From Octopus bimaculoides (taxonomy: Eukaryota), in the NCBI RefSeq assembly GCF_001194135.2, contig NC_068997.1:33768575-33809298 (forward strand): DNA of 40,724 nucleotides, given 5' to 3'. Shown one piece after another: positions 11,230 through 22,672 of the stretch; positions within the stretch are counted from its first letter, which is position 1, and the number at the start of each line of letters is the position of its first letter. Both the position numbers and the translations under genes were made by a program. The notes under the pieces were generated by a model. It did not search any database and was not told the DNA's origin. It saw only the letters and a list, made by a program, of their open reading frames with translations.

Positions 11230-12100
11230 TATATTCTGTAATGTCGGAAACTATTCTATGGGCTCGCGCGGAAGAGGTATATTTTGCTAACTTAGGCAAA
11301 ATTTGCTCTTTGACTGACCAAGATAGGCGCATATTACTCGATTCCTGGCAGATGTATGCTGCCTTTCAGGAGCACTCTTCTCCATAGTTCGGGGACAATG
11401 ATGAGCTAGAAATATAGCCTACCTCGACAACTTTCCACGACTCTCATCTCTAGCCGCAGAATGTTGCGAAAGATCAGTAGAAGCGGCTGACAAGTGTCTG
11501 TCCGGTGGGCGGATCATCTGGTCTAGATGGTTTACGAACGTTACGCTTATTTGCTACAATCGTTCGGCAACCTCTTTGTGACTGCCGGCTGCAGTTGGCG
11601 GTCAGAATAAATGTCCACCAATAGGAACAGTTTAGTGTTACGCTCTTTGTGCACCAAAGATATCCTGTTTCATCCTAGAACCTTTACAGAGGTAACATAG
11701 CGCTCGACCTGGAATGGAGAAGGTCTGTGTTGGCATATGCAGATAAAGTTACGATAATAGTATTGGGCACCATGAAAATAAATGTAGCAGGCGCAGATAT
11801 CAAGACATAGGAGATAGTGACATGTAAACATGAAGCAGGACATCTGAGTGAGGAAACTAGGCACTTTCGATGCTGAACAAGATACAACGGTGAAATTGCT
11901 TGGAATGTAATTAGGTCTGGATCCTTAGGTGAACAGGGACAGAGATGAAGTTACAATCAGAGTAGTCAGTTTCACTCAGACAAAAATGGCTATCTCTGAA
12001 AGGTCGAGCAGAGGCGGAGAATGTATTCATTGCTTCCGTCATAATTTACCTTCTGACAATTGTGCTTTTCTCGTTTTACCAGATCGGGAAGAGGCGGCAA
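11230..12100 (+). mobile_element. Degenerate Tx1/L1-like LINE reverse transcriptase fragment
   Basis: Frame-broken motifs SVLAYADKVTIIV (YADD site, about 11736), VKLLGM*LG and LSLKGRAEAENVFIASVIIYLLT. Confidence 0.65.
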
Positions 12101-12124
12101 ATGCCTTTATCATCTACTTAAAAT

Positions 12125-12543
12125 TTTTTTACTTGTTTCAGTCATCTGGCTGCTGCCATGCTAGGGCGCCGCCTTGAAGAATTTTAACCGAATGAATCGA
12201 CCCCAGTCCTTATTTTTATTTTAAGCCTGGTGCTTATTCTATCGGTCTCTTTCTGTCGAACTGCCAGAATACGGGAATTTAAACATACCAACGCCAGTTG
12301 TCAAGCAGTAATGGGGAGCAAGCACAGACACAAACATACGCACACAAGCACGCACTCACGCGCGCACATACATATTTATATGATGGACTTCTTTCCGTTT
12401 CTGTCTACCAAATCCACTCGCAAGGTTTTAATCGCTACGAGGCTATAGTAAAAGATACTTGCTCAAGGTGCCAAGCAATGGAACTGAGCCAGGAACCATG
12501 TGGTTGGGATGCAAGCATCTTACCACACAGTCACACCTGTGCC
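12125..12543 (-). mobile_element. SINE family A copy
   Basis: Head, core (caaggtgcca...cttaccacacag) and tail (acttgtttcagtca) are homologous to 6088-6545. Confidence 0.8.
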
Positions 12544-12584
12544 TATGTAATATATTATGCCCCTGACCGTCCGGCCTTGTTACA

Positions 12585-12650
12585 GGCGCATAAACACACT
12601 AGCACCAGTTGTCAAGTGGTGATGGGAAGTGGGGGGACAAACACAGACAG

Positions 12651-12683
<33 letters not shown>

Positions 12684-14248
12684 GCACATACAGGGGCTGG
12701 ACAAAATAATGGAAACACCTTAAAGTTTCAAACAAATTTAGTTTAATATGGGGTAGGACCGCCTTTGGCAGTAAATAAAGCTTGAATTCTACAAGGTATG
12801 GACTCATACAAAGTTTGAATTATTTCCAAATGAATTTTTGTCCATTCTTCAGCTAAAACAGTCTCCAGTTCTTGTATTGACTCCTTGTTTTTCTAAAATG
12901 TACCATAAATGTTCAATAATATTGAGATCTGGGGACTGTGGTGGCCAGATAAGATGTTCAACGTCACTAGAATGTTCCTCGTACCATTAAGTAACAACTT
13001 TAGCAGTGTGAACTGGTGCATTATCATACTGAAAGAATGCATTTCCCTCCGGAAACAGTTCCGCAACCATAGGATAAATTTGATCAGATAAAATGCTTAA
13101 ATAATCTACACCCAACACCAGAGCTGAAGACACCTCCGAAAGGAGGGGCCCCGCCACGTCAAAACGGTAGAGGAGTAGGGGCCGGAACCGGACGTGGTTC
13201 CTCCTGATGATGCCTTGAGCTAAAGGAGCTGTTGTGGTAGCAGACCACGAAACATGGTTGAAATTCCCCCCTACCATAAAGGGAAACCATTGGGCCAGCG
13301 GATTTCCAAGATATAGCCCCCAAACCATCACAGATCCTCCTTCATGTTTAACAGTTGGAAGAAGGTAGTCTGGGTGAAATGCTTCTTTTGGCTGTCTCCA
13401 CACGTATACTCGGCCGGTAGTCGGAAATAAGGTAAAGGATGACTCGTCCAAGAAAATAGTATTCTTCCACTACTCTAGGGACCAATTCTGTAGGTTTTTA
13501 CTCCACTCTAAACGCTTTGCAACATTTGTTTTTGAAAGTAGTGATTTTCTGATTGCAGCCCTCACGTGAAATCCGGTTTTGTGTAGTTCCCGGCGAATAG
13601 TTTTTGTGGAAACTGGGTTCTCAAGATGATCATTAAGCTCTGCAGTAATTTTGAGAGCTGTACTTTTGTGATCCATTCTAACAGTTCGACGGTCCCTATC
13701 TGAAAGTTTTGGTTTTCTTCCGGAGTTTTGTTTCACCGAGGAGGTTTTTCCCTCTTTCTCAAAGGCTGTAATAACTTTTGAGACAGTACTTCTTGATACA
13801 CCAAACATTTTGGCTGTTTTCGTTACGCTCGCGCCTGCCATACAAGCACCAACAATTTGATCTCTTTGAAAGTCCGATAGACCTGTCATTTTAATGGATT
13901 TTAATTACTTTTTTCTGATGATATCTGAAAAGAAAGAGCAATTTTAGCAAAAAATATTAAGCAACACTAATAATAAATAAAAAAACATTAAGAAATAAAC
14001 AAGCTTTTGACGGTTGTCTAGATATTTCAAAATCATGATGCTATGATGCAAGGTATTTCCATTTTTTTCCAACCCTTATATATACGATGGTTTTTTTTCA
14101 GTTTCCGTCTACCAAATCCACTCACAAGTCTTTAAGTCGGACCGAGGCTATAGTAGAAGACACTTGCCCAAGGTGCCAAGCAATAGGACTGAACCAAGAA
14201 CCATGTGGTTGGGAAGCAAGCTTCTTACCACACAGTCACGCCTTCGCC
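12585..14248 (-). mobile_element. SINE family A copy split by a Tc1 insertion (parts 12585-12690 and 14081-14248)
   Basis: The SINE sequence stops in its CA/TA tract at 12690 and resumes at 14081 on the other side of the Tc1. Confidence 0.75.
12691..14078 (-). mobile_element. Tc1-family (DD34E) transposon, near full length, inactivated
   Basis: TIRs caggggctggacaaaataatggaaacacct / aggtatttccatttttttccaaccctta with TA flanks. Transposase MTGLSDFQRDQIVGA...GRKPKLSDRDRR...LDESSF...KHEGGSVMVWG...FQYDNAPVH...WPPQSPDLNIIE, with stops. Confidence 0.9.
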
Positions 14249-14249
14249 T

Positions 14250-15260
14250 ATGTAATATATTGTCGCCTGACCGTCCAGCCTTGTCCTTTCTTTTGCCTGA
14301 CTAGATCGGAACGTCTCATCTTTCTTTTCTTGTGGCGGGGACACGTTCCCCTGACGGTCAGATGGTCCATCTACTGTCAGTATCCTCTGCACCGAGATGT
14401 TATGTCTGACGAGAAGCAGACATTAGCTGAGGACGGACAGAGAATCTGCAAATATTCTCAGACAATGAACAGATGTTGTCGCTCTTCTTGGGAACGCCTT
14501 CCCCAGCTCATCTCTTTGGCACAGATACAGTCATCACATTACAAAGGAATGAAATAGAGAAAGCTCGTCTGTTTATGGTGACATCGCTTGAATGTTGACA
14601 AGTGGTCACAGTCTTATATCAGTCGGGAAATTTCATGTTGGCATTCAGCGGATTAGTGGTGGGAAAGATCCACAAAGTTCTCGAAGAAACTCTTGACATA
14701 GATTAGAACCAATAGGCTAATCCTCTTTGGAGCACTTTCAATGCGGGACCTATGGATAATTTCCAAAAGTACTGGCAGTATTACCGGAGAAAATTGTCGG
14801 CTCAGGACAAACCCTGCAGACACGGAGGTGCCTTCAGTGAAGCAACGAAATCATTCTGCACGCTTTCTTTCAGTGTCAGTGCTTTGCTAGTTTGAGGAGT
14901 TGTGATGAACAGCTGCTGTTATGTGGAGAACGGACCAAGTTATTGGTTGAGTCCATTGCGAGTATTGTATCTACACCGTTCTTTACACGGGAAGAGAAGA
15001 TAGTTTTCATCTCTCTGGTGGTTAGGGAGAAAGAGTCTGTGTGATGGACTGGATTGAAATAACTGATAACAGTTACTTTCCTCTTAGGCCAAGATTTTAT
15101 GAATTTTTTTTCTGTTTTACTAAATGAAGATTAGAAATGCTGTCTTTCAGTAAACTTGTTGTAAGTACAGTGTGAACTGCAAACAGGCCTGATTTAACAG
15201 GCCAGCTCTGAGCAAACGTCTGTAGGTAGGAAATCAACAACTGAGAGAAAGCGCTTACTC
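14250..15260 (+). mobile_element. Degenerate Tx1/L1-like LINE ORF2 3' part
   Basis: YCRLTVQPC...ERLIFLFLWRGHVPL, then GPMDNFQK..WQYY and a decayed Cys/His knuckle (RCLQ*SNEIILHAFFQC). Confidence 0.65.
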
Positions 15261-15462
15261 TCATGATCAGGTTGATCTAGCTTTTGTGGAGGATTTCCCA
15301 AATAGCCCTCAGTTGTGTTCCCTTACTGGAGAATATTGTTTGCTGGAATTTTTTTCTTGTTTTTGTTATCTCCTTTTTTTTTTACATGTGCTGCGTAAAA
15401 CATTTACTACGTTTGTATCTATCTTTTGAATGCTCCTTTTCTCTGAGCTCTTTTGGGCAATG

Positions 15463-15465
15463 AAT

Positions 15466-15523
<58 letters not shown>

Positions 15524-15589
15524 GCTACTGCTGCTGCTGCTGCTGCTGCTACTACTACTACTACTACTACTACTACTGCTTACTACTGT

Positions 15590-15653
<64 letters not shown>

Positions 15654-15665
15654 GCTTACTACTGT

Positions 15666-15712
<47 letters not shown>
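15463..15712. repeat. (CTA)n/(CTG)n trinucleotide microsatellite
   Basis: Direct reading. It produces the poly-Y/L/T pseudo-ORFs. Confidence 0.95.
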
Positions 15713-16929
15713 TTGATGACGATTCCAACAATTAAGTCAGGCATCTTTCTCAGGGTTTCCGGTTTAAGTTGTGTCAAGCTCCCCAACTTAGTCAGGAGCA
15801 ATTTTCTTAACGATATTTATTCAATATTGAAAAGGTTGTCCGGACCTTCTATTATGATACATGCCGTTACCTACCAGATGTCTAATTCTTGTGGCACATC
15901 TGATATTTCAACTTTTATCGCACGCTGGCCATTATATGTAGGAAGAAGCAACATGTACTGGACAACAGCATATTGTTGAATCAGGGAATCTTACCTACAC
16001 AGAGTCATAGTGTCTGGTTCGAGTTATGAGGTCTCTAGCGCTTCATATTACTCTTACACTTTTTCCCGCGTAGATGTGTGTGGAATTAAATACCCGTCGG
16101 TTTTTGATTGACACACACACCAGTATGTAATAGCAGCTCTTTCTATTAGTTGTGAAGGAACTGCTGAGCTTTCTGTTTTCTCTCTTGAGAAACATTTCTG
16201 CCTCTTTACCGGCACGCAAAAACCACAGGGACAGGATTAGTGAATTAGTTAAGTAGTATTGGCAAGCTGCATTCAATAACTAGTGACTGGGTACCATAAA
16301 GAAAACAATTCAGTCATAATCAATAGCGTTTAGCAAAGAGCCAGCGTCAGAAATAAACAAATTGGAGGAAGAGTCAATTAGCAATGTTGAAAAGCGATTT
16401 TTTATACTACTATGGTAGTGCCAACCATTTGAAGGTCCTTTAGATATAGAAATAAAGAGTGAAAAGAAGATCTGCATTGCTGTCAACTCGACATCCAAAA
16501 CAACACCAACAACTACAACAGCGCTTGCAACAGCAAATACCACCACAGCTGCAATAATAGCAACAGAAGTAGTGAAAATCGAATCAACAACTACTGAAAC
16601 GGTAGCAGTAGCAAGTAGAGCAACAACAGCAGCAACACCAGAAACAGACATTCCCCAAACAACAATAAACCACGATATTGAACCCACCCTCAATCTAGTA
16701 ACGATACCCTCACCACTCGCCTCACAAGAACCACAAACACACCCATAGTCATAGACTCATCTTCCCCTGAACTACCACAAAATATCTTAGACCAGAGATC
16801 TCGCTAAAAGTAGATGTGGCAAGAAACCAAACCAAAGAAATCAGTGACAGAGGGAAGAGAAAGTTAGGAGGAACCGGCTTCCCCAAGATGGAAGCAAGTA
16901 TATTCAAAGTAAACACTCTTCAAGATCAC

Positions 16930-16966
<37 letters not shown>

Positions 16967-17139
16967 CTCTTCTAGCAACAACAGCAGTAACTAGCAACAA
17001 CTAGCAACTAAAAACAACAACAGAAGCAGTAGCAACAACAACTTAAACGAAACTCACAAACATAATCACAATCTTAATCACAGAAAAAAGGGAAAAAAAC
17101 AAAACAAAATCGATCCCCAAATCAACAAAAACACACGTA

Positions 17140-17359
17140 AAATTCCACATCAACTTCACTGTTCATTATTTACATTTGACGGATATTTGTCCTCATCTTG
17201 TTTGTTGCTCATCAGGTGTCTCGGGGAAATTTCAAACCTGAGTTCTCATTCTTAGGGTACTTTTCTATATTATTATTATTATTATTCAGGTCACTGCCTG
17301 GAATGGAACTCGGAATCTTGGGGTTAGTAGCCCGCGCTCTTAACCACTACGCTATATGC
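17140..17359 (-). mobile_element. tRNA-derived SINE (family B)
   Basis: Minus-strand head gcatatagcgtagtggttaagagcgcgggctactaaccccaagattccgagttccattccaggc has A-box- and B-box-like sequences. It is followed by (AAT)n and a short body. Confidence 0.65.
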
Positions 17360-17671
17360 ACGGGGATAATTATGGAGTGAATTTTAGGGATTATAAATCT
17401 AATATTTTCCTATCCTTCCTTAATACCGGTTCCCATATGCTATTTACATCTGCACTCGGTTTGCTTAGAAGGTTGTTGTGTCCTAGCATATGTGCTGCTT
17501 CTTTTAGTTTTCATATTTTCCAGTGGTGTTCTCTGTCTATTATTTTAACTTCATCCCACAGGGGGAGGTGGTCTCACTGTTATTCGAAACAGCAATATCA
17601 AGTTGATAGAATAAATATTAAACAACAAAAACATTGCCTCCAATGGGAGGGATTTTGCAGAGTTCCCCCTC

Positions 17672-17800
17672 CAAACTGCCAGAGATAGACTCTTAGACAA
17701 ACTGCTAGAGATAGACTCTTAGACAAACTGCTAGAGATAGACTCTTAGACAAACTGCTAGAGATAGACTCTTAGACAAACTGCTAGAGATAGACTCTTAG
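17672..17800. repeat. 26-bp minisatellite, about 5 copies (caaactgctagagatagactcttaga)
   Basis: Head-to-tail copies with one substitution in the first copy; the last copy lacks its final base. Confidence 0.95.
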
Positions 17801-18329
17801 TACAGATTGGATTCACGAACATACAGAGTAGTCGAAAGGAAATTTTTCATTTGACTATGACTCTTTTAGAAAAATGCTTAATAGAAATGATTTGTAAAAA
17901 CCTCCCAAAGCTTCCAGCTTAACTAATGAGGAGACTGAATCAATTAATTTCGTCGATAATCAAAGAGAGTAACATTTCTTATTTTATTATTTTTTTTGTG
18001 ACTGAATTGGCTGTTGTTAGAGTTGGGCTTCTAAATGTGCACACAGCAACAATAACAACTTTCTCAATCTCTTAATTACGCAGTCTTCCAATCCTTTAAT
18101 TACATATTTCTCCAAATGAAGAACGAGGAGTAGATGAAGTTGGTTGATGGCGAGAAGGACCTCAGAAGTGTATCACCTCCTTAGAAAACTTTCTTCACAT
18201 GACGTGTGAAAATATTTTAGATAGAAGGGTTTTGAAAGCTCCCCACCCCGAAAGGCCTCTATCCTCCTATTTAAGTTGTTTTACTTAACGCAGGCAATAC
18301 AACTCCACATGGTTTTGGGTCATCGAGGA

Positions 18330-20800
18330 AGTTGGAATACCTGCTCAATGACTCCAGGCCACTATATCTGGATGTGATAACCATCAGTGGAGCCAGGATT
18401 CCCGTGACAAAATCGGCCGTCTTTCTTCTGGGTGCGTATAAAGCTTACGTCGCCTTCGATTGATTGACTTGGATCGAGTGCGTTTTAGTGCTGCTGTTCA
18501 GAAAGGTTTGGACTTAGATACAAACGCAGTTTTCCTGGATCTAGATAGTAAATCGATATCCCTGGACATGGATAGCAGTTACGGCGATGGTGGAAGCCAA
18601 AAAATTAGAAGACATTAACGCCCCACAAGAGTGGGCAGACCAAATTTCTTTAGCCGTCTAGACACCTGTCGGAACATCTCATTAATTAGTGTTGTTAGAC
18701 AACTAGAATGGTATTTTGAACACATGCAGTAATTCTTTGGAACAGCTGACTCAAGAGAGTGGTGCAAAAGCATCATAAACCTTCTCAGGCACTTCCAACT
18801 GTCTGACAGATTTCGCCTTGGTATTCTGAATGCGCCATTGTATACTTGAAGAAATCATCGGGTCATCCAGGTCGTAATTTAGATAGAATTTTCATTAGAC
18901 TAGCAGAATTTTCATTAGATTAATCCATGTAGCCAACTATCCGAAACAGATTGCCCACTGTTTCGGATGGTTGGCTACATGGATTAGAAAACGGCGACCT
19001 GCGTTGTCAACTTAGAACAGACAAATAGACAAAGACCTGATCACTGGAAGCTGATGGCATCATTTCGGACTCTTCAGAGCTTAGTGAAGTAGTTAAATGA
19101 GAATTGACAAGAGACATCCTCAACAACAGGAGGATGTTACAAAGAGTAACAATAGAGAATAGCATAGTAGAGAAGGAAATAGCGTAGTAGAGAAGGAAAT
19201 AACATAGTAGAGAAGAGAATTTTCAGAAAAAGTTCATATACGGGGCATCGTGAAATAGCATTCTGACAGCGAGAATGACCCGTGACTATTTCTTCGACAC
19301 GAAACTAGAAAGATACGTTGTTCGGTGCTGAAATGAAGACATGAACTCTGTTCAACGAGCCCGGCTGGTGGAGGTGTAACATGGTAACAAAGTCCCAAGT
19401 CTATGACAGACGTATAGTTTCCGATCCGAAACCGATTGTGCCGCTTGCAAGCAAGTACTTGGCCTAACTGTTCACATGAGCTGCAGACTAAAGACGGCGG
19501 ACTGTAATGCTTACCTCGACAGCTTGATGTGACACTCGACTAGTGAGGTGGAGTAAGACGAAAAGCTGATTCTAACCGACGAAGAGTCAGATACAGTGAA
19601 CCGCTGTGCGAGGTACAAGTAGAGGGTGTTCAACAACCTTTATTTCCACATGCCAGACCTGTTTGCTTCTGTCTTAGCAGCCATCTGCTGCACTTAGCAT
19701 CAAACTGCTGTATGTATTCTGTATAGATAGAAGATGAGCGGTAACTGAATACTTTACTGAATAAGGACACGAAAAGGAAGACGTGATAGAAAGCTTCAAG
19801 CCCGTAATCCTTCCCAACTGAATTAAATACTTTGGCAAAGGTGCTCGCCACGAGGCTAGCTGTTGTCGGGAATGTAGTCAGAGAGGTGCAACCTGTGCGG
19901 TCCATGGCAGATCTATTCACGACAACTTCTCTACATAGAAGTGCGAATCGACTATAGCTATAATTTCGAAGAGCGCTTGTCCGTCTACTGAGGATGGATT
20001 ACTTCAAGGAGGGTACAGTGGAATAATCAACCATCCCTCAGAACTGTTTAGCATCAAACGCTCAGTCTGTCGAGGTTGCCCTCATAGAGGAATTGAGTCT
20101 TGAAAGTATCCTGCACAAACTGATTAACAGGAGAACTGTGTCTGCATACGCAGGCACATCATCACTGTCAAAGCATCAGACACTTCCGATACAGAAGTAC
20201 TCGACAATATACTCGAAGAGTAGCTGGAAGACAAGTCGGTGGGCTTCCATCTCAGGTGTGTCTATGTCGGAAAACGACGTTTTCTGTCACTGTATCTCTA
20301 GGTGAGTAGAAATTAGGAAGAGATCGCAAGCAGGGTAGATAATCTCTTTCAGAAATGGAGGAAGTTGTTTCTGAAATGTTAGATGGAAAATGGGTTACGT
20401 CCCACATTGTCTAACAGTCGTCCTAGAAACATATGATCTGACCGGAGCGTTTAATTTCACGCTTAACATGGAAGGGACAGATTCCACTAATCAGGAAATC
20501 TATCTACTGTCAAAACTCACACTGTGGTGGCTTCAGGATGTCGCCTCTAATGGTGCGTAGGTACGCACTGTGGCTGATGCATCTACCGAAATATCTTGTC
20601 CACTGGGATCATGACAACTGCAATGTAAACCGTGAATATGAACCTGTGCGATGTCGCTTTCTGTAGTTTGTCTCTTTGATCGAGCGACAATCATAGGTTA
20701 AACGTTGATCGAGGTTGGATGCTTGGCGTCTAGAGTTTTGTCATGCACTCACAACACTCTACCAACTGGACAACTTCATCGAAAGAAGAACGGTAAATTT
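18330..20800 (+). mobile_element. Long, heavily decayed Tx1/L1-like LINE ORF2 (endonuclease + RT)
   Basis: Collinear broken motifs: VQKGLDLDTNAVFLDLDSK (EN), NLLRHFQLSDRFRL, KEDVIESFKPVILPN, AVHGRSIHDN, FSIKRSVCRGCP, VSAYAG (YADD site), WKGQIPLIRKSIYCQ...GGFRMS. Confidence 0.7.
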
Positions 20801-22672
20801 GATGATGTAAAACAAAAGGCTAAAACACATACAAAGAAAAGGGACATCGAACATCCTCTTTGAAAGTTGGCATGAGGAAGCCATAAGGTGCAAACCACGC
20901 CATAATTTTATAAATGTTCGATGTTTAATTCTCTATTCCATTTATTCTTCGCCCAACACATCGATACTGAAAATTGGTAGCGTAAATTGTTCGCATTGGG
21001 TTAGCATGGATATGAAGTCACTTGTTTATGACCTTATGTGTTTATGTTTTGAGCCATCAACCAGATCAGAATTAACAGATGAAGCCACACGTACTGCTGC
21101 TTGACAATTACGAGGTAAATACATATTTCGGCCAGTTGTTTTGGAGAGCTTGATCTGGTAAGGACGATTAGATTGAACTGATATTGCTACATTGAGTAGC
21201 AGCAAAAGTAGCGTCTTCACTGTTTATATCTCGAAAGGATGGCCAAATATAATCTAGTGCCTAGAAGCATACTTTGGAATACACCGCCGCTCGTTAGGGA
21301 TAACGGATGACTAGAATATAATCGTGGGCAAACGTTATTTGCTATGTAGAAATAGCCAACAACTGAGTGGGCGTAGAAACTTCCCATGCACACACTTCAA
21401 CTGTTTTATAAGAACCAACTGGATTTTCTCAATGCTCCAATGGGAACTAGGACAGAGTGTTTATCGATTAACGGATAAGAATAATAAGATAGATTGTTTA
21501 TAATTCCGGCAGATCGGCTCCGGAAACCACAAGTTTGTGATCTCCCCGATCAGCCTAGATAGAACGCATAGACAGGGACTCCGTTACTAGAATCTGACCG
21601 CATCGTTCCTGACGCAGAAAGCTTAAAGATTAGTGAGTCAGCATGGATGATCGTCAATAACTGGCAGTGAGTTGTAAGAGTAGAATGGATAGGATATAGC
21701 AAAAAATTTCCAATAAGAAACAATGGACTTAAAGAGCGAGCTAGTCAGCAGATTTTAGTAGGCGATTTGAAAAGTTATTGTGACTGATGCTTCCGTGGCG
21801 AAAATGGTATTTGANNNNNNNNNNNNNNNNNNNNNNNNNNNNNNNNNNNNNNNNNNNNNNNNNNNNNNNNNNNNNNNNNNNNNNNNNNNNNNNNNNNNNN
21901 NNNNNNNNNNNNNNNNNNNNNNNNNNNNNNNNNNNNNNNNNNNNNNNNNNNNNNNNNNNNNNNNNNNNNNNNNNNNNNNNNNNNNNNNNNNNNNNNNNNN
22001 NNNNNNNNNNNNNNNNNNNNNNNNNNNNNNNNNNNNNNNNNNNNNNNNNNNNNNNNNNNNNNNNNNNNNNNNNNNNNNNNNNNNNNNNNNNNNNNNNNNN
22101 NNNNNNNNNNNNNNNNNNNNNNNNNNNNNNNNNNNNNNNNNNNNNNNNNNNNNNNNNNNNNNNNNNNNNNNNNNNNNNNNNNNNNNNNNNNNNNNNNNNN
22201 NNNNNNNNNNNNNNNNNNNNNNNNNNNNNNNNNNNNNNNNNNNNNNNNNNNNNNNNNNNNNNNNNNNNNNNNNNNNNNNNNNNNNNNNNNNNNNNNNNNN
22301 NNNNNNNNNNNNNNNNNNNNNNNNNNNNNNNNNNNNNNNNNNNNNNNNNNNNNNNNNNNNNNNNNNNNNNNNNNNNNNNNNNNNNNNNNNNNNNNNNNNN
22401 NNNNNNNNNNNNNNNNNNNNNNNNNNNNNNNNNNNNNNNNNNNNNNNNNNNNNNNNNNNNNNNNNNNNNNNNNNNNNNNNNNNNNNNNNNNNNNNNNNNN
22501 NNNNNNNNNNNNNNNNNNNNNNNNNNNNNNNNNNNNNNNNNNNNNNNNNNNNNNNNNNNNNNNNNNNNNNNNNNNNNNNNNNNNNNNNNNNNNNNNNNNN
22601 NNNNNNNNNNNNNNNNNNNNNNNNNNNNNNNNNNNNNNNNNNNNNNNNNNNNNNNNNNNNNNNNNNNNNNNN

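Noticed and set aside
15430-15735. Poly-Tyr/Leu/Thr ORFs (likewise 27900-28578, 32233-32744, 34642-35037)
   Set aside because: Trinucleotide microsatellites with no splice or domain support.
17286-17359. tRNA gene
   Set aside because: It has only a tRNA-like head without a proper acceptor stem and runs into a SINE body.
17672-17800. CRISPR array
   Set aside because: The repeats are contiguous with no spacers, there are no cas genes, and the context is eukaryotic.
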